The translations under genes were made by a program, and so were the position numbers. Below, piece after piece: positions 16,074-24,474 of a stretch of DNA of 52,011 nt. Within the stretch, counting starts at the first letter, position 1, and every line of letters begins with the position of its first letter. Origin of the DNA: an uncultured Steroidobacteraceae bacterium (GTDB taxonomy: Bacteria; Pseudomonadota; Gammaproteobacteria; Steroidobacterales; Steroidobacteraceae); assembly GCA_964638185.1 (NCBI GenBank), contig CAZXAS010000001.1:1-52011 (forward strand), read 5' to 3'. Under the pieces are notes generated by a model. The model saw only the letters and a program-made list of their open reading frames with translations, was not told the DNA's origin and did no database searches.

Positions 16074-16261
16074 ATCCACGCGTGCGCCACCCGCAGCAGT
16101 CCGGCTCGCGGATCTCGCGCTTCGACTCGCTGTTCGAGCAGGTCGAACGGGTCCAGGCCATCAGGCCTGCGCCGCTCGAGGCGATCCCCGTCCCGGAAGT
16201 CATCGAGCTGCACGCTCCGGTGCTGACCGAATCGGTCGAGCAGGGAAGGGCGGCATCGTGA
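16070..16261 (+). CDS. Hypothetical protein (63 aa, GTG start)
   Basis: The GTG overlaps the upstream stop (GTGA), and its own stop overlaps the next start. Confidence 0.5.
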   Translation: MNPRVRHPQQSGSRISRFDSLFEQVERVQAIRPAPLEAIPVPEVIELHAPVLTESVEQGRAAS

Positions 16262-16665
16262 AGCAACGCGTGATCGTCTCGCGCGCCACGCTGCTGGGCT
16301 GGCTCAGTTCGCCGGGTCTGACGAACCGCGAGATCGCCAACCGCTCCGGTCACGTGATCACCCACGTGACGCAGCGCATGCAGCTCCTCGAGGCGCAGGG
16401 GTACGTGGAGCGCAAGCTCGAGAGGTCTCCCGTGGGCCGGCCGCGCATTCGCTGGACGGTGCGCGCCGACCATCCGCCGATCGATCCGAAGCCCGCGCTC
16501 AAGCCGCCGGCGGAGAAGACGCTCGCCAACCGGCGGCGCACCGACATGTCGAAGATGGTGGTGGTGCGCGGCGACGCGCCCGATCGCGACCCGACCGTCG
16601 TCGGCCAGGCCGTCGAGGCGCTGCCGGATCTGCACTCGGCTTGGATGGGGAGGCCACAGACGTGA
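16258..16665 (+). CDS. Winged-helix (MarR-like) DNA-binding protein (135 aa)
   Basis: LTNREIANRSGHVITHVTQRMQLLEAQGYVERK is a wHTH signature. Confidence 0.7.
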   Translation: MKQRVIVSRATLLGWLSSPGLTNREIANRSGHVITHVTQRMQLLEAQGYVERKLERSPVGRPRIRWTVRADHPPIDPKPALKPPAEKTLANRRRTDMSKMVVVRGDAPDRDPTVVGQAVEALPDLHSAWMGRPQT

Positions 16666-17105
16666 TCTCCCGCCAGTACATCCCCAAGCCAGGCAGCGTG
16701 CCGGCGCGGGCCATCGCGTACCTGTGGCAGCAGCAGGTGGGCACCGAAGTCACCACGGACGTGCTGGCCACTGCCGCGGGCTTCAAGCCCAAGGATGCGA
16801 CAGCATTCCTGCAGCCGGCCGTAGTCGCGCAGGCGATTTCGCGCCGTTCCTCGTGCCAGCACGACAGCCGTGCGCCGAACCTGTGGAGCCTGGGGCCCAA
16901 GGCACCCACGGTCGACCAGATCGCTGCGCTGACGGCTCATCGGCCGGCCGCCAAGGTGGTGCGTGCTGCGCCTCGCCAGAAGGCTCCAGCGCGCTCAATC
17001 TTCGAGGCCAGGCCGGAGGAGCGTAGGGCCGCCATGGAGGCGCCCGTGCCGGCGCCCGGATCGTTCATGGCGGAGTGGCGGCGGAAGCGGGGGCAGGGCT
17101 CATGA
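16662..17105 (+). CDS. Hypothetical protein (147 aa, GTG start; the alternative TTG at 16641 is possible)
   Basis: The GTG overlaps the upstream stop and is preceded by GGGAGG. Confidence 0.6.
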   Translation: MISRQYIPKPGSVPARAIAYLWQQQVGTEVTTDVLATAAGFKPKDATAFLQPAVVAQAISRRSSCQHDSRAPNLWSLGPKAPTVDQIAALTAHRPAAKVVRAAPRQKAPARSIFEARPEERRAAMEAPVPAPGSFMAEWRRKRGQGS

Positions 17106-17962
17106 CTGTCACTCGCCCCGCTCTCCGATACCACGGCGGCAAGTTCAGGCTCGCGCCGTGGATCCTGCAGTTCTTCCCGCCGCACGCGGTCTACGTCGAG
17201 CCCTACGGCGGCGGAGCGTCGGTATTGCTGCGCAAGCCGCGCGCGCACACCGAGGTCTACAACGACATTGCCGACGAAATCGTCAACGTATTCCGAGTAC
17301 TGCGCGATCCGGTGACGGCTGCCGAGCTGCGTCGCCTCGTCGAGTTGACGCCGGCGGCGCGCGTGGAGTTCCGGCTCAGCTATGAGCCATCTACCGACCC
17401 GATTGAGCAGGCGCGAAGGACCATAGTGCGGTCGTTCATGGGTTTCGGCTCCGGCGCCGTCTTCAGCAAGCACGCTACGGGTTTCAGGACCGGTGCGCGC
17501 GGCGAGAGGCACAAGAGCGCAGCTCACGACCTGGTGACCTGGCCCAACCAGGTGCCGGCGTTCGTGGAACGGCTGCGCGGTGTCACCATCGAGTCGCGCG
17601 ACGCGCTGCTCGTAATGCAGTCGACCGACGGTCCCGGTGTTCTGCACTACGTCGACCCGCCATATCCCCACGGCACTCGCGGCAACGCACGCGGCGTCCG
17701 GCAGAAGTACGCGCGCGAGCTCTCAGATGACGATCACCGCGTCCTCGCCGGCGTGCTGCACGAGCTCCGCGGCATGGTCGCGCTCAGCGGCTACCCATGT
17801 GACCTCTATGACCGCGAATTGTTCGCCGGTTGGGAGCGCCACAAGGTGCTCGCGCTGGCTGACGGCGCGCGCGAGCGCACCGAGGTCGTCTGGCTGAACC
17901 CAGCCTGTAGCGCGGCTCTTCAGCGATCGCGCGGCGGGCTCTTCGCGGAGGCGGCAGCGTGA
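17102..17962 (+). CDS. DNA N6-adenine methyltransferase, Dam/D12 class (286 aa)
   Basis: N-terminal LRYHGGKFRLAPWI, catalytic DPPY (VDPPYPH). ATGA overlap with the upstream gene. Confidence 0.9.
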   Translation: MTVTRPALRYHGGKFRLAPWILQFFPPHAVYVEPYGGGASVLLRKPRAHTEVYNDIADEIVNVFRVLRDPVTAAELRRLVELTPAARVEFRLSYEPSTDPIEQARRTIVRSFMGFGSGAVFSKHATGFRTGARGERHKSAAHDLVTWPNQVPAFVERLRGVTIESRDALLVMQSTDGPGVLHYVDPPYPHGTRGNARGVRQKYARELSDDDHRVLAGVLHELRGMVALSGYPCDLYDRELFAGWERHKVLALADGARERTEVVWLNPACSAALQRSRGGLFAEAAA

Positions 17963-18918
17963 TGCGCGAGTACGCCAAGCTCTCGCCGACCTTCTGGACC
18001 GGCGAAACCGGGAAGGCCCTCCGCAAAAGGGGCTCCGAAGCGGTGATCGTGGCGCTGTATCTGGTCTCCGCTCCAGGTTCGAACATGCTCGGGCTGTACT
18101 ACCAGCCCTTGCTCTTCATGGCCCACGAAACCGGATTGGGCATAGACGGGGCTACGAAGGGGCTTCACGCCTGCATTCAGGTGGGCTTCTGCGACTACGA
18201 CGGCGACACCGAGATGGTGTACGTCAAGGAGATGGCAGCGTGGCAGATCGCCGAGGAGCTGAAGCCCGCTGACCTACGGTGCAAGGGCATCCAGAAGGAC
18301 TACGAGAGCCTCCCGGACAACCCCTTCCTCGAAGCCTGGTTCGTGCGCTACGAGCAGGCATTCCACCTCACCACGCGTCGCGTCGGCTCGCGTGAGCCCA
18401 CCCTGTTCGACGACCCGCCGACGAAAGGGCCTAGCAAAGCCCCTTCCAAAGCCCCATCGAAGCCAGGAGCAGGAGCAGGAGCAGGAGCAGGAGAAGCTCC
18501 GAACCCTTCGGGTTCTCGTCGTCTCGCGCCGACCGCCGGCGGCCGCGAAGACCCGAAACCGACGATCCCATGCCCGTACGACGCGATCGTCGACGCCTAC
18601 CACCGCGAGCTTCCGAGCCTTCCGAAGATCCGCCTGCGCGATGGCCCGACCTGGGACGAACGCACGAAGGCCATGCGCAGCTTCTGGGGCTGGGTGCTGT
18701 CGAGCCGCAAGTCCGACGGCACTCGGCGCGCTGAGACGGCTGAGCAGGCCATCGACTGGATCGCGGCCTACTTCCGCCGCGCCGCCGAGAACGACTTCGT
18801 GATGGGTCGATCCAGGCCGGGCGCGGGGCATGAGGGCTGGAGAGCCGACCTCGAGTACCTGCTCAGCAAGCGCGGCCTGAAGCAGGTCATCGAGAAGACG
18901 GTGGAGCGGGCAGCATGA
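17959..18918 (+). CDS. Replication initiation / helicase-loading protein candidate (319 aa)
   Basis: Lies directly upstream of and overlapping dnaB. Two domains are joined by a low-complexity KAPS/GA linker. Function is inferred from position. Confidence 0.7.
   Translation: MMREYAKLSPTFWTGETGKALRKRGSEAVIVALYLVSAPGSNMLGLYYQPLLFMAHETGLGIDGATKGLHACIQVGFCDYDGDTEMVYVKEMAAWQIAEELKPADLRCKGIQKDYESLPDNPFLEAWFVRYEQAFHLTTRRVGSREPTLFDDPPTKGPSKAPSKAPSKPGAGAGAGAGEAPNPSGSRRLAPTAGGREDPKPTIPCPYDAIVDAYHRELPSLPKIRLRDGPTWDERTKAMRSFWGWVLSSRKSDGTRRAETAEQAIDWIAAYFRRAAENDFVMGRSRPGAGHEGWRADLEYLLSKRGLKQVIEKTVERAA
18466..18493. repeat. Hexanucleotide microsatellite (GGAGCA)x4+ inside the replication gene
   Basis: GGAGCAGGAGCAGGAGCAGGAGCAGGAG, preceded by an imperfect 12-nt repeat AAAGCCCC(T/A)TC(C/G) that encodes KAPS. 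Confidence 0.85.
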
Positions 18919-20318
18919 ACCCGACCGAAGACCTCGACCGCGGCGAGCAGCTCGGGCGCCTGCGCATCCCGCCTCAGTCCGTCGAGGCGGAGCAGAGCGT
19001 GCTGGGCGGCCTGCTGCTGGACTCGTCGGCGTGGGATCGCATCGGCGACCTGCTCACCGAGGCCGACTTCTACCGCCACGACCACCGGCAGATCTTCGGG
19101 GCGATCGAGGCGCTGGCCACCGCTTCGCGCGAGGCCGACGTGATCACGGTCTTCGCCCACCTGCAGGCCTCAGGCAAGGCGGAGGACGTCGGCGGGATGG
19201 TGTACCTCAACGCGCTGGCCAGCAGCGTGCCCAGCGCTTCGAACATCCGCCGCTACGCCGAGATCGTGCGCGAGAAGTCGCTGCAGCGCGCGCTGGTCGC
19301 AGCAGCCGACGAGGCAGCCACGCTCGCGTTCAACGCCGAGCTCGGGCAGGTCAACGCGACGATGGAGCGCTGCATCACGCTCTTCGACGCGGTGCAGCGC
19401 CGCGGTGTCGTGCAGGGACCGCGCGATGCGCGAAACCTCGCCGTCGCGCGCGTCGACCACTTCAACGACGTCGCCACCAAGGAGGTGCCAGTCGCCTTCT
19501 CGACTGGTCTCTCCGACCTGGACCATCGGCTCAACGGTGGGCTTCAGGAAGGGCGCGTCTACGTGCTCGCCGCGCGCCCATCGGTGGGCAAGTCGAGCCT
19601 CGCGCTGCAGATCGGCCTGCACCATGCCCAGGACCTGCGCCGCGGCGTGCTGGTGCTCTCGCAGGAGATGCCGTCGGAGGAGGTCGCTGACCGGGCTCTC
19701 GCGAACCTGGGAGGCGTCGACTACGGCGAGATGCAGCGCGGCCAGCTGTCCGACATGAGCTGGGGCCGGTTCTCCGACGCGGTCGAGCGGATGGGACGTC
19801 TGCCTCTGTGGATCGACGACCAGGCCGCGCTGACTCTCGGCGACATCCGCGCCAAGGCCTTCGCGTTGCGCCGCGAGGGTCTGAAGCTGCTGATCGTCGA
19901 CTACCTGCAGCTCTGCTCAGGCCAGGCGAAGGGCAAGCAGGTCAACCGCAACACCGAGCTCGAGGAGATCACGCGGGGCATCAAGGCGCTGGCCAAGCAG
20001 CTGCGCATCTCCGTGCTCCTGCTCTCCCAGCTCAGTCGCGAAGTCGAGAAGCGGAGCACTCCGGAGCCGAACCTCGGTGACCTCCGCGACAGCGGCGCCA
20101 TCGAGCAGGACGCTGACGTCGTGCTGGGGCTCTGGGTGGCGCGCCACTGGAGCGACCGCAAGGTGATGGCGCTCAGCGTGCTCAAGAACCGCCAGGGCGA
20201 GCGCGGCGCGCGCATCCCGCTCGACTTCTACGGCCAGTACCAGCAGTGGACCGACTCGACCGCCGACGTGCAGTCGATCGGCAAGGGCGTCGCCAAGTCG
20301 CAGGAGGCCTTCGAATGA
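18915..20318 (+). CDS. dnaB: Replicative DNA helicase DnaB (467 aa)
   Basis: N-terminal PPQSVEAEQSVLGGLLLD. Walker A ARPSVGKSS. A RecA-like C-terminal domain ends in ...IEQDADVV. Confidence 0.95.
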   Translation: MNPTEDLDRGEQLGRLRIPPQSVEAEQSVLGGLLLDSSAWDRIGDLLTEADFYRHDHRQIFGAIEALATASREADVITVFAHLQASGKAEDVGGMVYLNALASSVPSASNIRRYAEIVREKSLQRALVAAADEAATLAFNAELGQVNATMERCITLFDAVQRRGVVQGPRDARNLAVARVDHFNDVATKEVPVAFSTGLSDLDHRLNGGLQEGRVYVLAARPSVGKSSLALQIGLHHAQDLRRGVLVLSQEMPSEEVADRALANLGGVDYGEMQRGQLSDMSWGRFSDAVERMGRLPLWIDDQAALTLGDIRAKAFALRREGLKLLIVDYLQLCSGQAKGKQVNRNTELEEITRGIKALAKQLRISVLLLSQLSREVEKRSTPEPNLGDLRDSGAIEQDADVVLGLWVARHWSDRKVMALSVLKNRQGERGARIPLDFYGQYQQWTDSTADVQSIGKGVAKSQEAFE

Positions 20319-20491
20319 CGACCGAGGAGCGCGACCAGTTCGTGCGTGAGATCGCCGCCCGAGTGTTCGCGGAAGAGCGCAGCGGCCGGCCAGTCGACGG
20401 CTCGCGGCTGGCATGGGCTGCCAGCGTGCTCGATCGGCGGCACCGGGCCACCTCGAATGCGGTCGAAAAACCGGAAGTGGAGGCCGCGTGA
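20315..20491 (+). CDS. Hypothetical protein (58 aa)
   Basis: ATGA overlap with the dnaB stop. Confidence 0.5.
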   Translation: MTTEERDQFVREIAARVFAEERSGRPVDGSRLAWAASVLDRRHRATSNAVEKPEVEAA

Positions 20492-20964
20492 GGAAGCGCA
20501 GCTCCTACCGCCCGCGACCGGTGATGTCCGACCCGCTGTCGCTGCTGCGCCCGGTGCGCCGCGAGGAGTGCGATCGGGTGATGCGCCGATTCTTCACGGC
20601 GCTGCACGAGATCGCTGCCGGCCGGTATCCCGGCGAGGCCGAATGGCGCGACCTGAGCGACGCCATAAACACCGTCGAGACCCTTGCGCTGCACCTGCAC
20701 AAGCTGGAGCCCGCCGAGGTCATGCCCACCGTGAACGCCGCGATCGCGGCCATGGTCGGCGCGGCTCACCGGTTCAAGGCCGGGCAGGGCATGCGCGTCG
20801 ACGGGCCCGGGCTCGAAGCGCTGCGCGACGTGCTGGCGATCTACGAGCAGTGCGCCGAGGGCCTCACCGAGAGGGAAATGTGCATGGCCCAGGCCGAGAC
20901 GCAACGCCGCATGAACGAGCTGCTGCGCAGCCGCTCCGCGGATCCACAGGTCATCGCTCTGTGA
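20488..20964 (+). CDS. Hypothetical protein (158 aa, GTG start)
   Basis: The GTG overlaps the upstream stop, with GGAGG 5 nt upstream. Confidence 0.65.
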   Translation: MRKRSSYRPRPVMSDPLSLLRPVRREECDRVMRRFFTALHEIAAGRYPGEAEWRDLSDAINTVETLALHLHKLEPAEVMPTVNAAIAAMVGAAHRFKAGQGMRVDGPGLEALRDVLAIYEQCAEGLTEREMCMAQAETQRRMNELLRSRSADPQVIAL

Positions 20965-20986
20965 GCGACCAGGAGAGGACCAGACC

Positions 20987-21190
20987 ATGAGCGACCAAGT
21001 CGACACCGGCATCGGCTACGAACACGAGCCGATCACGACCATCCCGTTCGAGCGCGGAGACGAGGCCCAAGAGTCCGGACTGTCGGCGTCCGAGTCCGTC
21101 AATGCGATTTACATCGCGCTGGCGATCGTGTTCGTCGGCATCGTGGGCGGCACGCTGCTCGCAACGGTCTTCCGGGGAGCCTGGCAGTGA
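20987..21190 (+). CDS. Small membrane protein (67 aa)
   Basis: C-terminal TM helix IYIALAIVFVGIVGGTLLATVF. Confidence 0.6.
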   Translation: MSDQVDTGIGYEHEPITTIPFERGDEAQESGLSASESVNAIYIALAIVFVGIVGGTLLATVFRGAWQ

Positions 21191-21675
21191 TCGTGCTCGG
21201 GATCGACCTCGGATTGGACGGCGCACTCGCGCGCGTCGTGCCCAACGGCAGCGCCGACATCGTCGACATGCCGACCTTCACGCTCCCGGGCAAGGGAATG
21301 GTCAAGCGCGCAATCGCCCCGGTCGAGCTCATGGCCGCGATCCGACGCCTCGTGCCCATCGGCGAGAAGGCGCTGGCGGTGGTCGAGCAGGTGCACACGT
21401 TCCCCGGCCGGGTCAACTCACCGCAGGCGGGCGGCTCGCTCATGGAGACGAAGGGCTGCGTGCGCGCTGTGCTCGCCCTGGCAGGCGTCGACGTGCACTG
21501 GGTCGACCCGCAGGCCTGGAAGGCGATGTACGGCCTGGGCAGCAGCAAGGACGCGTCGCTCGAGATCGCGCGCACGCTGTACCCGACCACTGCACCGGTG
21601 CTCGCCAGGAAGAGCGACCACAACCGCGCCGAGGCGCTGCTGCTGGCGCACTGGGGCGTGAGGAAGCTTGCATGA
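21187..21675 (+). CDS. RuvC-like Holliday junction resolvase (162 aa)
   Basis: N-terminal IVLGIDLGLDG and C-terminal DHNRAEALLLAHWG are RuvC-fold acidic motifs. Confidence 0.8.
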   Translation: MIVLGIDLGLDGALARVVPNGSADIVDMPTFTLPGKGMVKRAIAPVELMAAIRRLVPIGEKALAVVEQVHTFPGRVNSPQAGGSLMETKGCVRAVLALAGVDVHWVDPQAWKAMYGLGSSKDASLEIARTLYPTTAPVLARKSDHNRAEALLLAHWGVRKLA

Positions 21676-21869
21676 GATCCGACGACGCCACGCCCCCGCG
21701 CGACGTTCCGTTCCGCATGGTCGGCGAGGGCCTCGCGCAGACGTTCCGCTGCGGACAGTGCCAGGACCTCCGAGCGATGGTCGGACGCCGGCTTCAGCTC
21801 GTGAAGAAGGGCCCGATGCGCGGCACCCGCGACTGGGTGTGCATCACCTGCCAGGGGGCCGCGAAGTGA
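21672..21869 (+). CDS. Hypothetical zinc-ribbon protein (65 aa)
   Basis: CGQC...CITC motif. ATGA overlap with the upstream gene. Confidence 0.55.
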   Translation: MRSDDATPPRDVPFRMVGEGLAQTFRCGQCQDLRAMVGRRLQLVKKGPMRGTRDWVCITCQGAAK

Positions 21870-22129
21870 GCTGCAGGGCCTGCCGTGACGCCGAACGCGA
21901 CCCGATGCGCGACGACTTCATCGCGCACTGCCGGGGCTGCGAGGCGAGGGCGCTGGCCTCGGTCGGCGCTCACGTCGAGTCGCAGGAGATCGGCGCCATG
22001 ACGCCGCACTACCGCAGCACGCTGGAGCGCTTCTTCGGCGACGACTGGAAGCAGGGCCACGAACAGGTCAAGGCCTGGGCCGACCGAATCACCGCCGCCA
22101 ACGCGCGGCAGAAAGCGAGGGCTACGTGA
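21866..22129 (+). CDS. Hypothetical Cys-containing protein (87 aa, GTG start)
   Basis: GTGA overlap. CRAC...CRGC motif. Confidence 0.55.
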   Translation: MSCRACRDAERDPMRDDFIAHCRGCEARALASVGAHVESQEIGAMTPHYRSTLERFFGDDWKQGHEQVKAWADRITAANARQKARAT

Positions 22130-22311
22130 AGAAGGTCTACACGCTGACGGTGTACCGCGCTGCCGATGGCTGGCGCTGGAGGCTCAAAGCCAAGAACGGG
22201 CTGATCGTGGCCGACTCGGGCGAGGCCTACGCCCGAAAGCGCAATGCGCTGCGCTCCGCGCGCTCGCTCGCAGATGCGCGAATCCTGCTGACGGTCAACG
22301 AGGTCGAGTGA
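22126..22311 (+). CDS. DUF1508 (YegP-like) protein (61 aa)
   Basis: DGWRWRLKAKNGLIVADSGEAYARKRNALRSARSL is typical of a DUF1508 repeat (from memory). Confidence 0.7.
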   Translation: MKKVYTLTVYRAADGWRWRLKAKNGLIVADSGEAYARKRNALRSARSLADARILLTVNEVE

Positions 22312-22343
22312 ATTCCATGACGAAGAACCCCCAGGAGAAATCG

Positions 22344-22928
22344 ATGCGAGCCGCCTACCTGCTCGCGTTCGCAGCCATGACCGCTGCGTGCGCTGGAGCG
22401 AATGCCACCACCTGCAAGAACGGAGGCACCGATTGGCCCAAGTGCACGACACCCCACCCTGCGACGCCTTCGGCGCCGTCGACCTCGACGAATACGCTGA
22501 ACAGCTCGAGCGAAGCGAACGCAAGCGCACAGGCGGGCGCATCAGCGTCGGTCAGTGGCAGTTCGTCGGCGGTCGGTGGTTCCGGTGGCTCGATGAGCTA
22601 CGAGGAGTTCAGCCGCAGCAACATGTACGTGCTGCCCGCGCCGGTGCACGCAGCTCCACTGCCACCAGGCCTGTGCCCGCAGGGTGACAGCGTCAGCTGG
22701 TCCTTCGGGTGGAACTTCATAAGTTTTGCACGAAGCAGCACGCGCACGGAGCTGGAATGCCTCGATCGCGTGCTCGCTGCCATCAAGACAGCGCCCACCA
22801 CGCAGGTGATCCAGGCTCCCCCTCTGCCACCCGCTGCGCCTGCTGCTGCATGCGAGCAGCCTGCGAAGCGAAAGGCATTGAAGGCTCGATCTACCCAGGC
22901 AGCAGGCACCTGCAAGGTGAGAACCTGA
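22344..22928 (+). CDS. Lipoprotein moron (194 aa)
   Basis: AGGAGA RBS. Signal peptide with lipobox MRAAYLLAFAAMTAAC. Ser/Ala-rich linker. By eye, third-position GC is lower than in neighbouring genes. Confidence 0.7.
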   Translation: MRAAYLLAFAAMTAACAGANATTCKNGGTDWPKCTTPHPATPSAPSTSTNTLNSSSEANASAQAGASASVSGSSSAVGGSGGSMSYEEFSRSNMYVLPAPVHAAPLPPGLCPQGDSVSWSFGWNFISFARSSTRTELECLDRVLAAIKTAPTTQVIQAPPLPPAAPAAACEQPAKRKALKARSTQAAGTCKVRT

Positions 22929-23079
22929 TGCGCCAAGCGTCCAGCCAAGAAGCGTGCCAGGGGGGTATGGGTCCTTCTGGCGCAGGGGCGGGTGCGGGTA
23001 ATTCGGCCCCCGCCCTGACGCTAGTGACTGGGCGTTCGGAAGTCTTGAACGATGGAACGGGGCGCTGAGGCCCGCCGGC

Positions 23080-23715
23080 ATGCCGAAACGACCGCCGAAG
23101 CCCACGACGGCCGTCCGCCGAGTCAATGCGTCCACGCTGGCGCGCGAGCTGGGCGTGCGTCCGCAGGCGATCTCGGACCTGATCAAGCGCGGCCGCATCG
23201 AGCGCGACGCGGACATGCTGATCGACGCCGAGAAGGCGAAGGCGATGATCGCCAAGCACGTCCGGGCCTTCGGCAAGACGGCTTCCGCTGTGGTGGCCAG
23301 CGCCAAGACGCCGGCCACGCCGGGCCTGGCCGGGCCCTCAGCGCCATCGCCGGACGTCCTCAGCTACCAGTCGGCCCGGGCCACGCGCGAGCAGGAGGAG
23401 GCGGCGACCGCGCGCATCAAGCGCCTGCAGCTCGAGCGCAGGCTGATCGACCGCGACGCGACGCTGAGCGCCGTGTTCACCGCCTTCCGCCGCCTGCGCG
23501 ACCAGGCGATGCCCCTCGGGCGCAAGGTCGCGGCCCGCGTGGCCACGATGACCGACCCGCGCGACATCCAGGACCTGATCGACGGCGAGATGCGGCTGAT
23601 CTTCCAGCAGTTCGCAGAGAAGACCCTCGCCACCGCGGCGGATCGGATCGCCGGGCCCGACGCCAAGCCGGCCGAGCGCGACTGGATCGAAGAAACCACC
23701 AAGGAGCCCGCATGA
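23080..23715 (+). CDS. Terminase small subunit, Nu1-like (211 aa)
   Basis: N-terminal wHTH VNASTLARELGVRPQAISDLIKRG, then a coiled region YQSARATREQEEAATARIKRLQLE. It lies upstream of a GpA-type TerL. Confidence 0.8.
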   Translation: MPKRPPKPTTAVRRVNASTLARELGVRPQAISDLIKRGRIERDADMLIDAEKAKAMIAKHVRAFGKTASAVVASAKTPATPGLAGPSAPSPDVLSYQSARATREQEEAATARIKRLQLERRLIDRDATLSAVFTAFRRLRDQAMPLGRKVAARVATMTDPRDIQDLIDGEMRLIFQQFAEKTLATAADRIAGPDAKPAERDWIEETTKEPA

Positions 23716-23930
23716 GCATCGAACCCGCGAGCGCGCCGCTGGACAGCGTCGCCTACATCCAAGGCGAGATCGAGGCCGCCGAGCAGCGGATCCAGGCCGA
23801 GCTCGAGCGCATCTGCGACCTGGCCGAGTTCCGCGAGCTCTGGCTCGACATCAAGGTGCACACCGACCGCAAGCTCAACGGCCGCGAGACGGTGCAGCGA
23901 GTCGATGCGCGCATCCGCGCCGTGATCTGA
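23712..23930 (+). CDS. Hypothetical protein (72 aa)
   Basis: ATGA overlap with the terS stop. Confidence 0.6.
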   Translation: MSIEPASAPLDSVAYIQGEIEAAEQRIQAELERICDLAEFRELWLDIKVHTDRKLNGRETVQRVDARIRAVI

Positions 23931-23940
23931 GGAGAGAACC

Positions 23941-24474
23941 ATGCTTGACGTGATGATCGACCTGGAAACCATGGGGCAGGGCCACGACGCCGCGATCGTG
24001 GCAATCGGCGCGGTCGAGTTCGACCGAACTGCACGAGAAACCGGGCAGGAGTTCTACCTGACGGTCGACCTGGAGTCCGCGGTGCGCTGCGGCGGCGTCA
24101 TCGACCCGTCGACGGTGATGTGGTGGATGCGTCAGTCGGAGCACGCGCGCCAAGCGCTCGATGGCAAATCGGACATCGCCCAGGCGCTGGCCACCTTCTC
24201 AGGATGGCTGCGCAGCCGCGGTGATCTGAGCCAGGTGCGGATCTGGGGCAACGGTTCCGACTTCGACAACGTCATCCTCGCGAACGCCTACCGACGCCTC
24301 TTGCTGCCGACGCCCTGGAAGTTCTGGAACAACCGGTGCTATCGAACCTGGAAGAACGAGCATCGCGAGGTCTCGATGGAGCGCAGCGGCACGCATCACA
24401 ACGCGCTCGACGACGCGGTCAGCCAGGCGCGGCACATGCTCAAGGTCCCGTTCGAGATGCCGGTGGCCGCTTGA
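23941..24474 (+). CDS. DEDDh 3'-5' exo(ribo)nuclease, Rv2179c-like (177 aa)
   Basis: Motifs MIDLETMG (DxE), GNGSDFDNVIL (D) and HHNALDDAV (H-x4-D). Confidence 0.8.
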   Translation: MLDVMIDLETMGQGHDAAIVAIGAVEFDRTARETGQEFYLTVDLESAVRCGGVIDPSTVMWWMRQSEHARQALDGKSDIAQALATFSGWLRSRGDLSQVRIWGNGSDFDNVILANAYRRLLLPTPWKFWNNRCYRTWKNEHREVSMERSGTHHNALDDAVSQARHMLKVPFEMPVAA

